Assembly: GCA_964609695.1 (NCBI GenBank)
Contig: CAZSSP010000005.1
Span: 69,345-133,344 of the forward strand
DNA from: an uncultured Bacteriovoracaceae bacterium
GTDB lineage: Bacteria; Bdellovibrionota; UBA2428
Direction: 5' to 3'
Length of the DNA stretch: 64,000 bases
Under the pieces are notes generated by a model. The model had not been told where the DNA came from. It searched no databases and saw only the letters and a program-made list of their open reading frames with translations. Below are positions 55,319 to 64,000 of this stretch, piece after piece. Numbering within the stretch: position 1 is the stretch's first letter; each line of letters begins with the position of its first letter. A program made the position numbers and the translations under genes.

Positions 55319-57568
55319 GTAGCGAGATTTCACCAATTCAACCAACGCTTCTTGGGCACTATGAGGGCCGTATTTAAATTGCGACTGCAAACCCAGATAA
55401 GCTTTTCGAGCTAGCATTTCTGACTCGTTGACTGCATTTTCAGACTTAGAAGTAAGGCCCTCAAAGTTTTGAGTGTCTAAAAATATTTTTCCCATCGCAG
55501 TGAGCTTTTGCACTTCTTGTTTGTGGAAATAGCGTCTTAATTTCTCAATGACCTGTGGGAAAACTTCTAGGTAAGGAATTTTTTCTTTATTAAAATCCTT
55601 ATGCTCAATCGACCAAGCCCCCAAACGGGATATTAAATTCTTCCTATATTCCGAGCGATCGCCACTGACTTCAGTCATGTCTTCAAACTGATTCATGTAA
55701 GATTCATCGGCATTTTCGTTTTGGCCGGTCATTCTATTTTTAACTTTCTCTCCTTTTACAAAGGAAATGACTTGTTTCAAATAATTCGCCAAATACTCTT
55801 CTAATTGCTCAGGCTGATGTAATCGCAATACGGTGCGAACTTCTTGATCGACCCAATTGAGCCATTCATCATGAACAACTTGAATAAAATTTTCGAAATC
55901 ATGATAGCCGCCACTGACGGGCTCTTGTCTAAGATAATCAAAGTCTGAAACTCGTTTGACAAGTTTTCGTAATTCAGCAAATACGGCATTGGGTCCTAGA
56001 GTTTTAAATTGATCGCCTTGTGCCGCCATTTGAAGAGCCACCTTGAGTTCTCGAGCAGAAGCTCCTAAAAGTCCCTCATAATAAATATGATTTTGATGTT
56101 CAGCAAACAATTCCTCAATGTGACTTTTGAGTTCTTTTCTTTCTTCATCAGTTAATCGCTCAGGCATTTCCGCATTGTTATAAATTTTGGCCTTCTCAAT
56201 AGGTGTGATGGAATCTAAAACTCTCACCAAAACTGCACTTTTGTTTTTAGTGAGTGGTTTCTTAATACGAGTCAGCACGGCCCATAAAGCTAAAGCCCTA
56301 CAGGTATGTGGCATAAGCTCTTTTTCGCCACACACATCTCTCGCGGTTCTTTCGTAAATATTTTCTTCATCAGAGTACCTCAACAAATAAGGCACTCGAA
56401 TAAATTCTAAGCGACTTTTAAAACTATAAAACTCGGGATGCTCCCTAAAGGCTTCAAGTTGCCTGTCATTTGTTGAAGCCATAAACACAGTGTCTAAAAA
56501 CACCACAACATGCCCCAGATTTACAGTTGAGGTTTCACAAGTGTTTAAAAGATATTTAAAACTTTCAACAGGACGCTTTAATATATCGGTGAATTCCACT
56601 AAACCACGATTGGCATCAACAAGATCGCCTTCGAGTTGAAATAAATTTAAACTTTGAAGCGCAGGGGGAAGATTGGCCATCGATCTATCGAGGGTCACCT
56701 GACGGATGGTGGCATCTACATTAAACTTGGGCTCAATTGTAACCAATCCATTGCGCAAACTTCTAGATAAGAAAATTCGCTCCACGCGAATGTGTTGCAT
56801 CACTTTGCTAAAATCACCCTGATATTCATTTAAAAGCGCTTCAAAAATTAGTGCATTTTTATGACTTAGCTCTGCATCCAAAAATATTTTTCGCATTTTA
56901 GCAAAGCGATCTTCGTCTTTAATTTTGTTTTGCTTGGTAATTTTTTCAAAAAACGCAGCGCGATCATCTTTAGGAACTAAAAACAAAGGATTTTCATGCA
57001 ATTCACTTCGAACAATGGCGCCAATTTTTTCTTGCTCAAGTTTGGCATAGGAATCGGTAACATTAAACTCATCTTTACGAGTCCCGATTCCCATTCTGTT
57101 TTTTTGAAAAGCCTCTTCGGGGAATATCCATGAAAAGCTGAAGAGCATTCCCTCTTCTTGATGAGAATAATGCTCCAAGCCTTCAAAGAGGGTTCTAAAA
57201 AATGAAGTTTTGGCCGAGCCATTAGGGCCAAAGAGAGCCACAAGCTTATCGGCTTTCCCGGATCGATTGAATCCCGTTAGAATTCTATAAAATGAATTTT
57301 GAAGTTCTTCGTGTCCCTCTAGGGAAGGAGAATGGTCTACGAAGTCTTGATCGAAAAGTTTAAAACGCCGCTCCTTATGATTTCTTATTTCCTTTTCGTA
57401 GCTTCCAAAATGGTCAATAGCATCAAGGATATAGTGAAAACTTGAGCGAAAAAACAACTCTGGCTTCGACTCTAGTAGTTCCATAAACTCATCAAAGGTC
57501 AAAACCCTTTTGCTGGTACTAAATCGTTTTTTTACGCTGTTTTGTATGGAATCTAACCATTGATGCAT
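55313..57568 (-). CDS. prkA: PrkA/YeaG family AAA+ serine protein kinase-like protein
   Basis: 751 aa. Walker A-like LFGPNGSAKTSF. The central block GLVEFTDILKRPVESFKYLLNTCE...FMASTNDRQLEAF...EFIRVPYLLRYSDEENIY parallels E. coli YeaG (GIMEFVEMFKAPIKVLHPLLTATQ...VYIVKVPYCLRISEEIKIY). Confidence 0.8.
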   Translation of the reverse strand: MHQWLDSIQNSVKKRFSTSKRVLTFDEFMELLESKPELFFRSSFHYILDAIDHFGSYEKEIRNHKERRFKLFDQDFVDHSPSLEGHEELQNSFYRILTGFNRSGKADKLVALFGPNGSAKTSFFRTLFEGLEHYSHQEEGMLFSFSWIFPEEAFQKNRMGIGTRKDEFNVTDSYAKLEQEKIGAIVRSELHENPLFLVPKDDRAAFFEKITKQNKIKDEDRFAKMRKIFLDAELSHKNALIFEALLNEYQGDFSKVMQHIRVERIFLSRSLRNGLVTIEPKFNVDATIRQVTLDRSMANLPPALQSLNLFQLEGDLVDANRGLVEFTDILKRPVESFKYLLNTCETSTVNLGHVVVFLDTVFMASTNDRQLEAFREHPEFYSFKSRLEFIRVPYLLRYSDEENIYERTARDVCGEKELMPHTCRALALWAVLTRIKKPLTKNKSAVLVRVLDSITPIEKAKIYNNAEMPERLTDEERKELKSHIEELFAEHQNHIYYEGLLGASARELKVALQMAAQGDQFKTLGPNAVFAELRKLVKRVSDFDYLRQEPVSGGYHDFENFIQVVHDEWLNWVDQEVRTVLRLHQPEQLEEYLANYLKQVISFVKGEKVKNRMTGQNENADESYMNQFEDMTEVSGDRSEYRKNLISRLGAWSIEHKDFNKEKIPYLEVFPQVIEKLRRYFHKQEVQKLTAMGKIFLDTQNFEGLTSKSENAVNESEMLARKAYLGLQSQFKYGPHSAQEALVELVKSRYR

Positions 57569-57764
57569 ATGTTTAAATTATATCAGAAAGCTCATACCCT
57601 TTGTGCCAGTCAAAGCCTGACACTGCGCTAAAAAATTGATCACAATCCTAAATTTCCTTACTTAGCACTCAAGCCCTTGCTGAGTGGCGTCGAAATCCGA
57701 TATTTTGGCGACAGTTTAAAGCTCTCTCGGCTTATCGATAGAACTTTTATGAAAGGGATTTCAA

Positions 57765-58526
57765 ATGAAACGCTTCGCTTTTTTAACTTCTACACTTTTT
57801 TTAACATTGTCGAGTTTTGCAAGCATCAATCCAAAACTCACGTGTAGTTTTACCGAACCCTTTTATGATCTCGAATTAGATTTAGATTCTGGAAAACTTA
57901 TCAAAGTTGAATACGACTGGAATGATAGCGATCCCAATTCTGATTACATTCGTACAGTGCTTAATAAAAATTCTGTCGTTACAATCAACTCATCTGGAAA
58001 AACTTTATCGATTTCCGTTAAAGACATTAAAACATCTAAAAATATTTTAGATTCGAAACTCGATTACAATGGATCCGACGGAATGAGCAATGCGCTCTTT
58101 CCACTCAGCGTAAAACACTACGACAAACTAAGAGGCACTCAATACGGCGGTTGTGAATTAGATAAAGTTTTAGCTTATGATCCAAGCGAGCTCGATAAAA
58201 ACATGAAAAAGTTTGCAAATTATGCTTCACAAGGAATTCAACTTTGTATGGCGCGAGCTACTGCTGAATGGACTCAAGAGCCTTCTGATTATGATCCTAA
58301 TTCTACAAAATTCTTTGTTCTCTACTCTCAGCAACCTGTGCCTGGTGAAGCAGGAGAAATCAGTCAAACTTTTGCATCAGCGGAAATGGAAGCCCTCTAT
58401 AAATCCGTATTAAAAACTAAAACACCTCCAGAAGATGGAGCCTCTTTAAATTATTTAAAATCCGCGATGTGGGATCATTGTCAAAAATACGCTGAATTAA
58501 TTCAAAGTAGATATATCAGCAAATAA
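57765..58526 (+). CDS. Hypothetical secreted protein
   Basis: 253 aa. Signal peptide LTSTLFLTLSSFA. AAGGGA SD. Confidence 0.6.
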   Translation: MKRFAFLTSTLFLTLSSFASINPKLTCSFTEPFYDLELDLDSGKLIKVEYDWNDSDPNSDYIRTVLNKNSVVTINSSGKTLSISVKDIKTSKNILDSKLDYNGSDGMSNALFPLSVKHYDKLRGTQYGGCELDKVLAYDPSELDKNMKKFANYASQGIQLCMARATAEWTQEPSDYDPNSTKFFVLYSQQPVPGEAGEISQTFASAEMEALYKSVLKTKTPPEDGASLNYLKSAMWDHCQKYAELIQSRYISK

Positions 58527-58551
58527 AGCCAAGAGACTGTTTAGAAACTAA

Positions 58552-58587
58552 AAAGGCCTCTTACAACTTTCGTTGTAAGAGGCCTTT
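58552..58587. terminator. Bidirectional rho-independent terminator
   Basis: aaaggcctcttacaac-tttc-gttgtaagaggccttt. 16-bp perfect stem with T runs on both strands. Confidence 0.85.
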
Positions 58588-58612
58588 AATATTTTCAATT
58601 TTTTAAATGAAA

Positions 58613-58903
58613 CTATTCGATAGCTGCAGAAGTAAAACCAATATTACGAGCACGCTTAATGTGCTTAGTAAGTTTTCTTTGGCTTTTTGCAGAAACACCA
58701 GAAATATGTCGAGGAACGATTTTTCCAGTCTCGCTAATAAAACGCTGAACAATACGTTGATTTTTGTAATCAAGAACTAAAGTTTTATCGAGAATGAACG
58801 GACAAACCTTTCGGCGTCCAAAACTTTTACGAGGTCCTTTTTCTGAAGCACCGTCTTTTTTATCATCTCCGCTTTGCTGGTAATCTTTGTTATCGTTTTC
58901 CAT
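58613..58903 (-). CDS. rpsR: 30S ribosomal protein S18
   Basis: 96 aa. RRKVCPF..LDYKN..RFISETGKIVPRHISGVSAKSQRKLTKHIKRARNIG. About 25-aa charged N-terminal extension. Confidence 0.93.
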   Translation of the reverse strand: MENDNKDYQQSGDDKKDGASEKGPRKSFGRRKVCPFILDKTLVLDYKNQRIVQRFISETGKIVPRHISGVSAKSQRKLTKHIKRARNIGFTSAAIE

Positions 58904-58998
58904 TACGCTTTCTTTCTCTTTTGCAAACGAACTTTCTTTTTTCGTTGAGCTTTACGTTTACGTTTTTTAGCAGTTTTTCTATTATCACCACGTCCCAT
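58903..58998 (-). CDS. 31-aa hyper-basic small protein, possibly Thx-like (bTHX) ribosomal protein
   Basis: Not in the ORF track (<60 aa). MGRGDNRKTAKKRKRKAQRKKKVRLQKRKKA. The N-terminus resembles Thermus Thx MGKGDRRT. Its TAA overlaps the rpsR ATG (TAATG). Confidence 0.45.
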   Translation of the reverse strand: MGRGDNRKTAKKRKRKAQRKKKVRLQKRKKA

Positions 58999-59025
58999 AG
59001 GGGCTTATGATTAAAACCAGAGCTA

Positions 59026-59640
59026 CTATCTTTCAAGCTCTTTTAAAGGAAAAACCTGAAAAAGATCAATAAGCTGATATCGCTTCTGTTCGGGTTGATA
59101 AGAATAAAAAGATAAACTTAATTTTTCAGCCACTTCTTCTGGAGACTTTAGAGAAGGCTGATACTTTAAAAAACCAAGTATTTCAGCACTTTGCAAAGAA
59201 TCCACCAGAAGAGTTCCACTGATTCTCAGGGGAGAGAACTCCACATCTTTAACCGAAAGATCGTTCTTATTAGAAGTCTGCGTAGGCAACTTAAAGCTAG
59301 CTACAACGAAGTACAGGTCGGGGCGACAAGTGTTTCTTAAGATAATTTCGAGTTCTGAAGCTTTCTTATCGCGTTTAACATTGATTTGGAGAGCTAATTC
59401 TCTCTCTCGATTCACCCAAATTTTCTTATCAACGGCTTCCCAAGGCAAATAACCGTCTGAAAAATTTCTTATTGAGGGATTGGCAAGAGAAGGAAAAAAA
59501 TCTCTAAGCTTGCGCTCATCAAGCTCACCACAATTCATTTTTTTAAACAAATCGGGCAGAAGCTTGGACTGCTCATCGGCAGAAACATTAAAAAACGATG
59601 CACTCATCAAAGTCGCTATAAACAATAGTTTTCTAATCAT
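59026..59640 (-). CDS. Hypothetical secreted protein
   Basis: 204 aa from ATG 59640 (MIRKLLFIATLMSASFFNVSA signal). The track's 21-aa extension overlaps the upstream gene. Confidence 0.55.
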   Translation of the reverse strand: MIRKLLFIATLMSASFFNVSADEQSKLLPDLFKKMNCGELDERKLRDFFPSLANPSIRNFSDGYLPWEAVDKKIWVNRERELALQINVKRDKKASELEIILRNTCRPDLYFVVASFKLPTQTSNKNDLSVKDVEFSPLRISGTLLVDSLQSAEILGFLKYQPSLKSPEEVAEKLSLSFYSYQPEQKRYQLIDLFQVFPLKELER

Positions 59641-59644
59641 GAGA

Positions 59645-61507
59645 CTAACGAATCTCCGGCTGTATTTTGTTCTGAGACGCCAAACGAGGAGCAGTCTCAG
59701 CAATCTTAGTGGATATATTCACCTTCATGTTTGGATTGAAATAATAGCCCTGAGAACCGTTCATAATATAGCGACTCTCGCGGGGATTTGGCTCAACCAA
59801 TTTACGAAGACGATTGATGTTAATATAAATATTATTATCGTGGCGAAGAGGGTTGTACTCTTGCTGCCAAATCTTCATAGCCAATTCTTCCTTGGAATAT
59901 TCTTTTCCAGGCTTTTCGGCCAAAAGCATAAGAATTTTCATCAAAGTGAACTTGTTATGAAATGGAATTTCACCCAAATGCTTCTCGCGAACGTAGTGAG
60001 AAATCGGGTCGATTTCCATATCAATTGATTGCTCAGGAACGAAGTGGAAGTCTTCGAAAAACTCATTCACACATCTTTGAGAGAAAGGATTGAGCTTAGC
60101 GAGTTCAGCAGTCCAACTATCGTAACTATTAATCAAGAAACGAGAGAGAATGACTCGTTCAACTTCAGCATTAAGTCTATTGATGAGAGGGAGAAGATCG
60201 GCACCTTCTTTGGCAGAAAAACTACGTCCCACCTTACGATTAAGAACAAATTCAATAAGCTTCGCCTTAATGAAATGTCGCTCAAAATCGGAACCATTAC
60301 AGACCTTCAACATTTCATCGGCTTTTTTAAGAGCTTCAGCGGGATATCCGCATCGTGAATCCAAACGCGCCAACAATTCTAAGCACACGGCCAAGTGTCG
60401 TCGCATTCCTTTTTCTTTGTAGAAAATATAAGCTTCTTCGAGCATTTCAGTGGCTTGCTCATGCTGAGCCGCTTCACCGGTACGCAATAAAACTTCAGCT
60501 TTTAAGGGGCGAAGGCGCATGATTTGACGGTGATTATTTTCTTTAACGGCCATCACAACCAACTGATCAATTTTTTCATTGGCTAATTCGAATTTACCTT
60601 CGCGAATAGCGAGCAAAGCTTGTCCTCTAAGCATACGACGACCGTAGTAAGAAGACTCATCGCCATTAATACTGGCCGCAATGTCACTGTAATGAGCTTC
60701 GGCTTGAGCGTAATTTCCACTGGTCGTGCAAAGCTCAGCTAAAGTGAGGCGAGATAGAATATTAATTCTCCAAAACTCGACACCACCTGCAGAATTATTA
60801 GTCGCTAAATCTAAGTAAATTGTAGCGCGCTCATGGTCTTCAAGAGCAGCATAACAAGTACCAATCGCCCATAGAACGTAATGGTAACCACTGCTATTTT
60901 TATTATTATTAAAAAGAACTTTTGCCTCTTCAAAAAGTGGGATGGCTTTTTCAGTTAAGCCTTGTTTTCGGTAAACGTTACCAATTAAAATTTTCAAGGA
61001 TCCAATGTTTAAAGGGTCGCCACTCTCTTGAGCCGCTTTCAACAAATCGGCTTCTTGCTCGAAAACATCATTATAAAAGCCTTCAGATCTTAAAATATCG
61101 GCCAAACCTAATTTGCATTTAAAAACGAGAGCCTTGTCGCCAAGTTCATTGGCCACATCGAGTCCCATAAGAAAATATTGGCGAGCTTTAGAAGCATTTC
61201 CAGAAAAATGCCAGACTGTTCCAGTATGGTAGAGACAATTTGCAAAGGGTCTTTTTTCAGAGTCTTTAGTGATTGGAATTTTTTTAACTTCATCGACGTA
61301 TTCAGAAATTTTTTCGAACTCACGAGTTTCAGCAGATATACGAATCAGAAGCGCATAAGCTTCGATGGCGTCGCTTCCCTTAGGCTTTTCTTTAACAAAT
61401 TCCTTCAATAATTTTGCCGCCTCAGAAAGCTTCCCATCTTCGCGGATCAATTGATTGGCTTTTTCTAGTACGTTCTCGTTATCTGTTTTCTTCATATTGA
61501 AAATCAC
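59645..61507 (-). CDS. TPR-repeat protein with a C-terminal OmpR/PhoB-type winged-helix DNA-binding domain
   Basis: 620 aa with multiple TPR-like units. C-terminus FTLMKILMLLAEKPGKEYSKEELAMKIWQQEYNPLRHDNNIYININRLRKLVEPNPRESRYIMNGSQGYYF matches the trans_reg_C pattern. Confidence 0.72.
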   Translation of the reverse strand: MIFNMKKTDNENVLEKANQLIREDGKLSEAAKLLKEFVKEKPKGSDAIEAYALLIRISAETREFEKISEYVDEVKKIPITKDSEKRPFANCLYHTGTVWHFSGNASKARQYFLMGLDVANELGDKALVFKCKLGLADILRSEGFYNDVFEQEADLLKAAQESGDPLNIGSLKILIGNVYRKQGLTEKAIPLFEEAKVLFNNNKNSSGYHYVLWAIGTCYAALEDHERATIYLDLATNNSAGGVEFWRINILSRLTLAELCTTSGNYAQAEAHYSDIAASINGDESSYYGRRMLRGQALLAIREGKFELANEKIDQLVVMAVKENNHRQIMRLRPLKAEVLLRTGEAAQHEQATEMLEEAYIFYKEKGMRRHLAVCLELLARLDSRCGYPAEALKKADEMLKVCNGSDFERHFIKAKLIEFVLNRKVGRSFSAKEGADLLPLINRLNAEVERVILSRFLINSYDSWTAELAKLNPFSQRCVNEFFEDFHFVPEQSIDMEIDPISHYVREKHLGEIPFHNKFTLMKILMLLAEKPGKEYSKEELAMKIWQQEYNPLRHDNNIYININRLRKLVEPNPRESRYIMNGSQGYYFNPNMKVNISTKIAETAPRLASQNKIQPEIR

Positions 61508-61594
61508 CTTATTGCAAAGCGTTAAACAGCCTCACACACTAGCCGGGCACTTTACACGATGCAGCGCTCCAGATCAATGACTAAAGCCTAGGAA

Positions 61595-62995
61595 TTACGC
61601 CTCATCCGGGCCAAGCATTTTACTGGCATCGACCCATTTATCGAAATTTTCAGCACTTAGATGCCCTAACTTTAAAGCAGCATCTTTTAAAGTAAGGCCT
61701 TCTTTATGGGCCTTCTTCGCAATCTGAGCCGCCTTATCGTAACCGATATGAGGATTAAGAGCTGTTACTAGCATAAGGGTGTTCTCCAAATGCTTGGCAA
61801 TTTGCTCTTTATTTGGGGTCATATCCTTAAGGCATCTGTCCACAAAATTCTTGGCGGAGTCTGCCAATAATCTCAAAGAATGTAAATAGTTATGAATAAT
61901 TAATGGTTTAAAAACATTGAGCTCAAAATTGCCCGAAGCGCCGCCAATATTAATAGCCACATCGTTACCCAAGACTTGGCAACAAAGCATAGTCATAGAC
62001 TCGGACTGAGTTGGATTTACTTTACCAGGCATAATAGAGGAACCTGGTTCATTTTCTGGAAGAGAAAGTTCTCCCAAACCACAACGAGGACCACTTCCTA
62101 GCCATCGAACGTCGTTGGCAATCTTCATAAAAGAACAAGCTAAGGTTTTTAGAGCCCCGTGAGCAAAAACTAAAGCATCATGAGCGGCTAAAGCTTCAAA
62201 TTTATTTTCAGCAGAATGAAATTTTGATCCGCTAATTTCACTAATTTTTTTAGCCACAAGATCGGCAAATTTTGGATGTGTGTTTAATCCAGTTCCAACT
62301 GCAGTTCCCCCTTGAGCCAGCGCTCTCACTCTTTCGAGACTTTGAGAAACTCTCTCAATTCCGTAATCTAATTGAGCACGATAACCCGAAATTTCTTGGC
62401 CCAAACTAAGAGGAGTGGCATCCATCAAATGAGTGCGACCCACTTTTATTATTTCAGAAAAAGCTTTTTCTTTAGCCGCGAGTTCGTCTCGAAAATATTT
62501 CAAGCTGGGAAGCAAAGCTCTTTCAGTTTGCTCAACAGCAGCAATGTGCATAGCTGTGGGAAAAACATCATTTGAAGATTGACTTTTATTCACATCATCA
62601 TTGGGATGAATGGGTTTTTTAGAACCCACAACGCCACCCATGATTTCAATGGCTCGATTGGAGATCACTTCATTGACGTTCATATTGGTCTGAGTTCCAG
62701 ACCCAGTTTGCCAAATGACAAGAGGAAAATGCGCATCCAGTTTTCCCTCGATAACTTCATCCGCAGCCTTCACAATGGCATCACATTTGTCTTTAGGAAG
62801 TAATCCGAGCTCACAATTCGCTAAGGCCGCGCCTTTTTTTAAAACACCCAGAGCTCTGATAAGGGGACGAGGCATTTTATCTTCACCAACTGGAAAATTT
62901 ATAAGAGAACGTTGGGTTTGAGCTCCCCAATATTTGTCTGAGGCTACTTGAAGCTCTCCCATAGTGTCTGTTTCGATGCGAAAAGTTGGCGCCAT
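61595..62995 (-). CDS. fumC: Class II fumarate hydratase
   Basis: 466 aa. [13 protein letters not shown] signature, [18 protein letters not shown]. Confidence 0.97.
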   Translation of the reverse strand: MAPTFRIETDTMGELQVASDKYWGAQTQRSLINFPVGEDKMPRPLIRALGVLKKGAALANCELGLLPKDKCDAIVKAADEVIEGKLDAHFPLVIWQTGSGTQTNMNVNEVISNRAIEIMGGVVGSKKPIHPNDDVNKSQSSNDVFPTAMHIAAVEQTERALLPSLKYFRDELAAKEKAFSEIIKVGRTHLMDATPLSLGQEISGYRAQLDYGIERVSQSLERVRALAQGGTAVGTGLNTHPKFADLVAKKISEISGSKFHSAENKFEALAAHDALVFAHGALKTLACSFMKIANDVRWLGSGPRCGLGELSLPENEPGSSIMPGKVNPTQSESMTMLCCQVLGNDVAINIGGASGNFELNVFKPLIIHNYLHSLRLLADSAKNFVDRCLKDMTPNKEQIAKHLENTLMLVTALNPHIGYDKAAQIAKKAHKEGLTLKDAALKLGHLSAENFDKWVDASKMLGPDEA

Positions 62996-63114
62996 TATTA
63001 AAACCTCCGAAAGCTTTTTTTACTTCCGGGATTGCATCCAGGCAACGCCACAAAAATAATGTCTAAAAAAGAATGAGCTAATTTTTATTTGTCTTGAGAG
63101 GGAGGACGCTCAAC

Positions 63115-63351
63115 TCAAGCGGAAGGATGCCCTTGATCTCGATTTTTATGGTGACCCTTTTTACAAGCCTTTAGAGTCTTATGATCCTTTGCGTTGCTAA
63201 CGCATGTTTTAGAAGCTTGAAGTTCGGCAATCCTCTCATCAATTTTTTTAATAACTCGCTCTCTAAGAGCTTCCAGTTGAGGTTTAGGCTCTTCAGCAAA
63301 AATTGAAAGAGAAAGGGTCATTACTATTAGGGATAAAAATTTATTTCGCAT
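63115..63351 (-). CDS. Small hypothetical secreted protein
   Basis: 78 aa. Signal peptide LSLIVMTLSLSIFA. His/Lys-rich tail. Confidence 0.45.
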   Translation of the reverse strand: MRNKFLSLIVMTLSLSIFAEEPKPQLEALRERVIKKIDERIAELQASKTCVSNAKDHKTLKACKKGHHKNRDQGHPSA

Positions 63352-63422
63352 AGCTTATAATACCTAGTCTAAGAGTTTATTGGGCTGTCCAAAAAAAATA
63401 AAGCGTCCTAGAATAAAAGCCC

Positions 63423-64000
63423 ATGTATGCAATCGCAATTCACGGTGGGGCGGGTCAATTAAACCCTGAAAATTATACAAAAGAACAAATCAGAGAACAC
63501 CGACAAGCTCTTAGGGAAGCTCTCAACACAGGTTTAGACAAATTAAAAAACGGACTCAGTGCTAGGGAAGCCGCCATCGCCAGCGTTTGCGTCTTAGAAG
63601 ACAATCCTCTTTTTAACTCTGGAAGAGGCAGCGTACTCAACGCCGAAGGTGAAGTTGAAATGGATGCCGCCGTTATGTGTGGAGCCACCCTCCAAGCCGG
63701 AGGAGTGAGTGGTCTTAAAAGCATTCGCCACCCCATTTTGGGCGCTAGTGAAATTGCAATGAGAACACCTCACCGACTTTTAGCCGGCGCCAAAGCAGAA
63801 GAATTTTTAATAGCTCAAGGACTTGAAACAGCCTCAAAAGAATTTTTCATTACGGAACGTCGCCGAGAACAATATCAAGCTTTTTTAAAAGATAGAAAAA
63901 TGCGCCTCGAACACGACAGTCGCTATTCGACTGTAGGAGCCGTGGCCCTTGATTCCAGCGGTAATTTAGCTGCAGCAACCTCAACTGGAGGAATCATCGG
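63423..64000 (+). CDS. Isoaspartyl peptidase / L-asparaginase (Ntn hydrolase), N-terminal part; runs off the window end
   Basis: Not in the track (no stop in the window). MYAIAIHGGAG.., LEDNPLFNSGRGSVLNAEGEVEMDAAVM, and the nucleophile context STVGAVALD. Confidence 0.88.
   Translation, partial: MYAIAIHGGAGQLNPENYTKEQIREHRQALREALNTGLDKLKNGLSAREAAIASVCVLEDNPLFNSGRGSVLNAEGEVEMDAAVMCGATLQAGGVSGLKSIRHPILGASEIAMRTPHRLLAGAKAEEFLIAQGLETASKEFFITERRREQYQAFLKDRKMRLEHDSRYSTVGAVALDSSGNLAAATSTGGII

Noticed and set aside
57594-57608. TGGCAC on the minus strand upstream of the prkA-like gene, a possible sigma-54 -24 element given the nearby NtrC-like activator.
   Set aside because: The -12 position reads GTATG instead of TTGC(A/T). 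I found no other -24/-12 match in the intergenic regions.
1-64000. Looked for rRNA, tRNA, CRISPR arrays, transposases, integrases, phage genes, toxin-antitoxin genes and restriction-modification genes.
   Set aside because: No intergenic region shows tRNA-like cloverleaf arms or repeat-spacer periodicity by eye, and no ORF carries DDE, tyrosine- or serine-recombinase, or phage structural motifs. A tRNAscan or Infernal run would be needed to exclude small RNAs formally.

Overview
This is a gene-dense 64-kb chromosomal window, low GC by eye (about 40%), with roughly 60 CDS on both strands. It contains the replication-origin region: a DnaA-box cluster at 11.09-11.21 kb directly upstream of dnaA. 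Most genes are Gram-negative housekeeping or envelope functions. They include an RND efflux pair, an OmpA-family protein, uvrA, a rodZ-like gene, pilT, rng, dnaA and hemF. A tightly packed minus-strand string runs efp-accB-accC-TPR-tamB-Omp85(BamA-like). Further genes are an L,D-transpeptidase, an S8 protease, trmFO, tolQ-tolR-tolA-tolB (no pal), xseB-ispA-tlyA, tsaC/sua5, a ppx/gppA-family gene, glmU-glmS, a REC-PilZ protein, an orphan sigma-54 activator, ihfA, prmA, dcd, nth, a prkA-like gene, rpsR, fumC and a partial isoaspartyl peptidase. I saw no rRNA, tRNA, CRISPR array, transposase, integrase or phage gene. The gene content (PilT, secreted protease, Ldt, many signal-peptide hypotheticals, TPR proteins, low GC) suggests a Bdellovibrionota/Oligoflexia-like organism; that is inference only. 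The strongest hunt result is a well-formed TPP (THI-box) riboswitch on the minus strand at about 53897-53988. It controls only a 111-aa signal-peptide, six-cysteine ORF of no recognisable family, which may be an undescribed thiamine-linked secreted or periplasmic factor. Other items worth a second look:
- five phased 10-bp A-tract repeats next to head-to-head DnaA boxes;
- a 37-bp near-perfect inverted repeat (133-bp unit) between two convergent genes;
- an untracked 31-aa hyper-basic Thx-like ORF overlapping the start of a stand-alone rpsR;
- a signal-anchored 567-aa protein with a GGDEF/Cas10-like palm signature (D-x61-GDD);
- a protein with a six-Cys C-terminal tail;
- a patatin-like lipoprotein lacking the catalytic serine;
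- a regulator with TPR repeats N-terminal and an OmpR-type winged helix C-terminal.
All family calls come from motif recognition by eye. No database search or structure computation was run.
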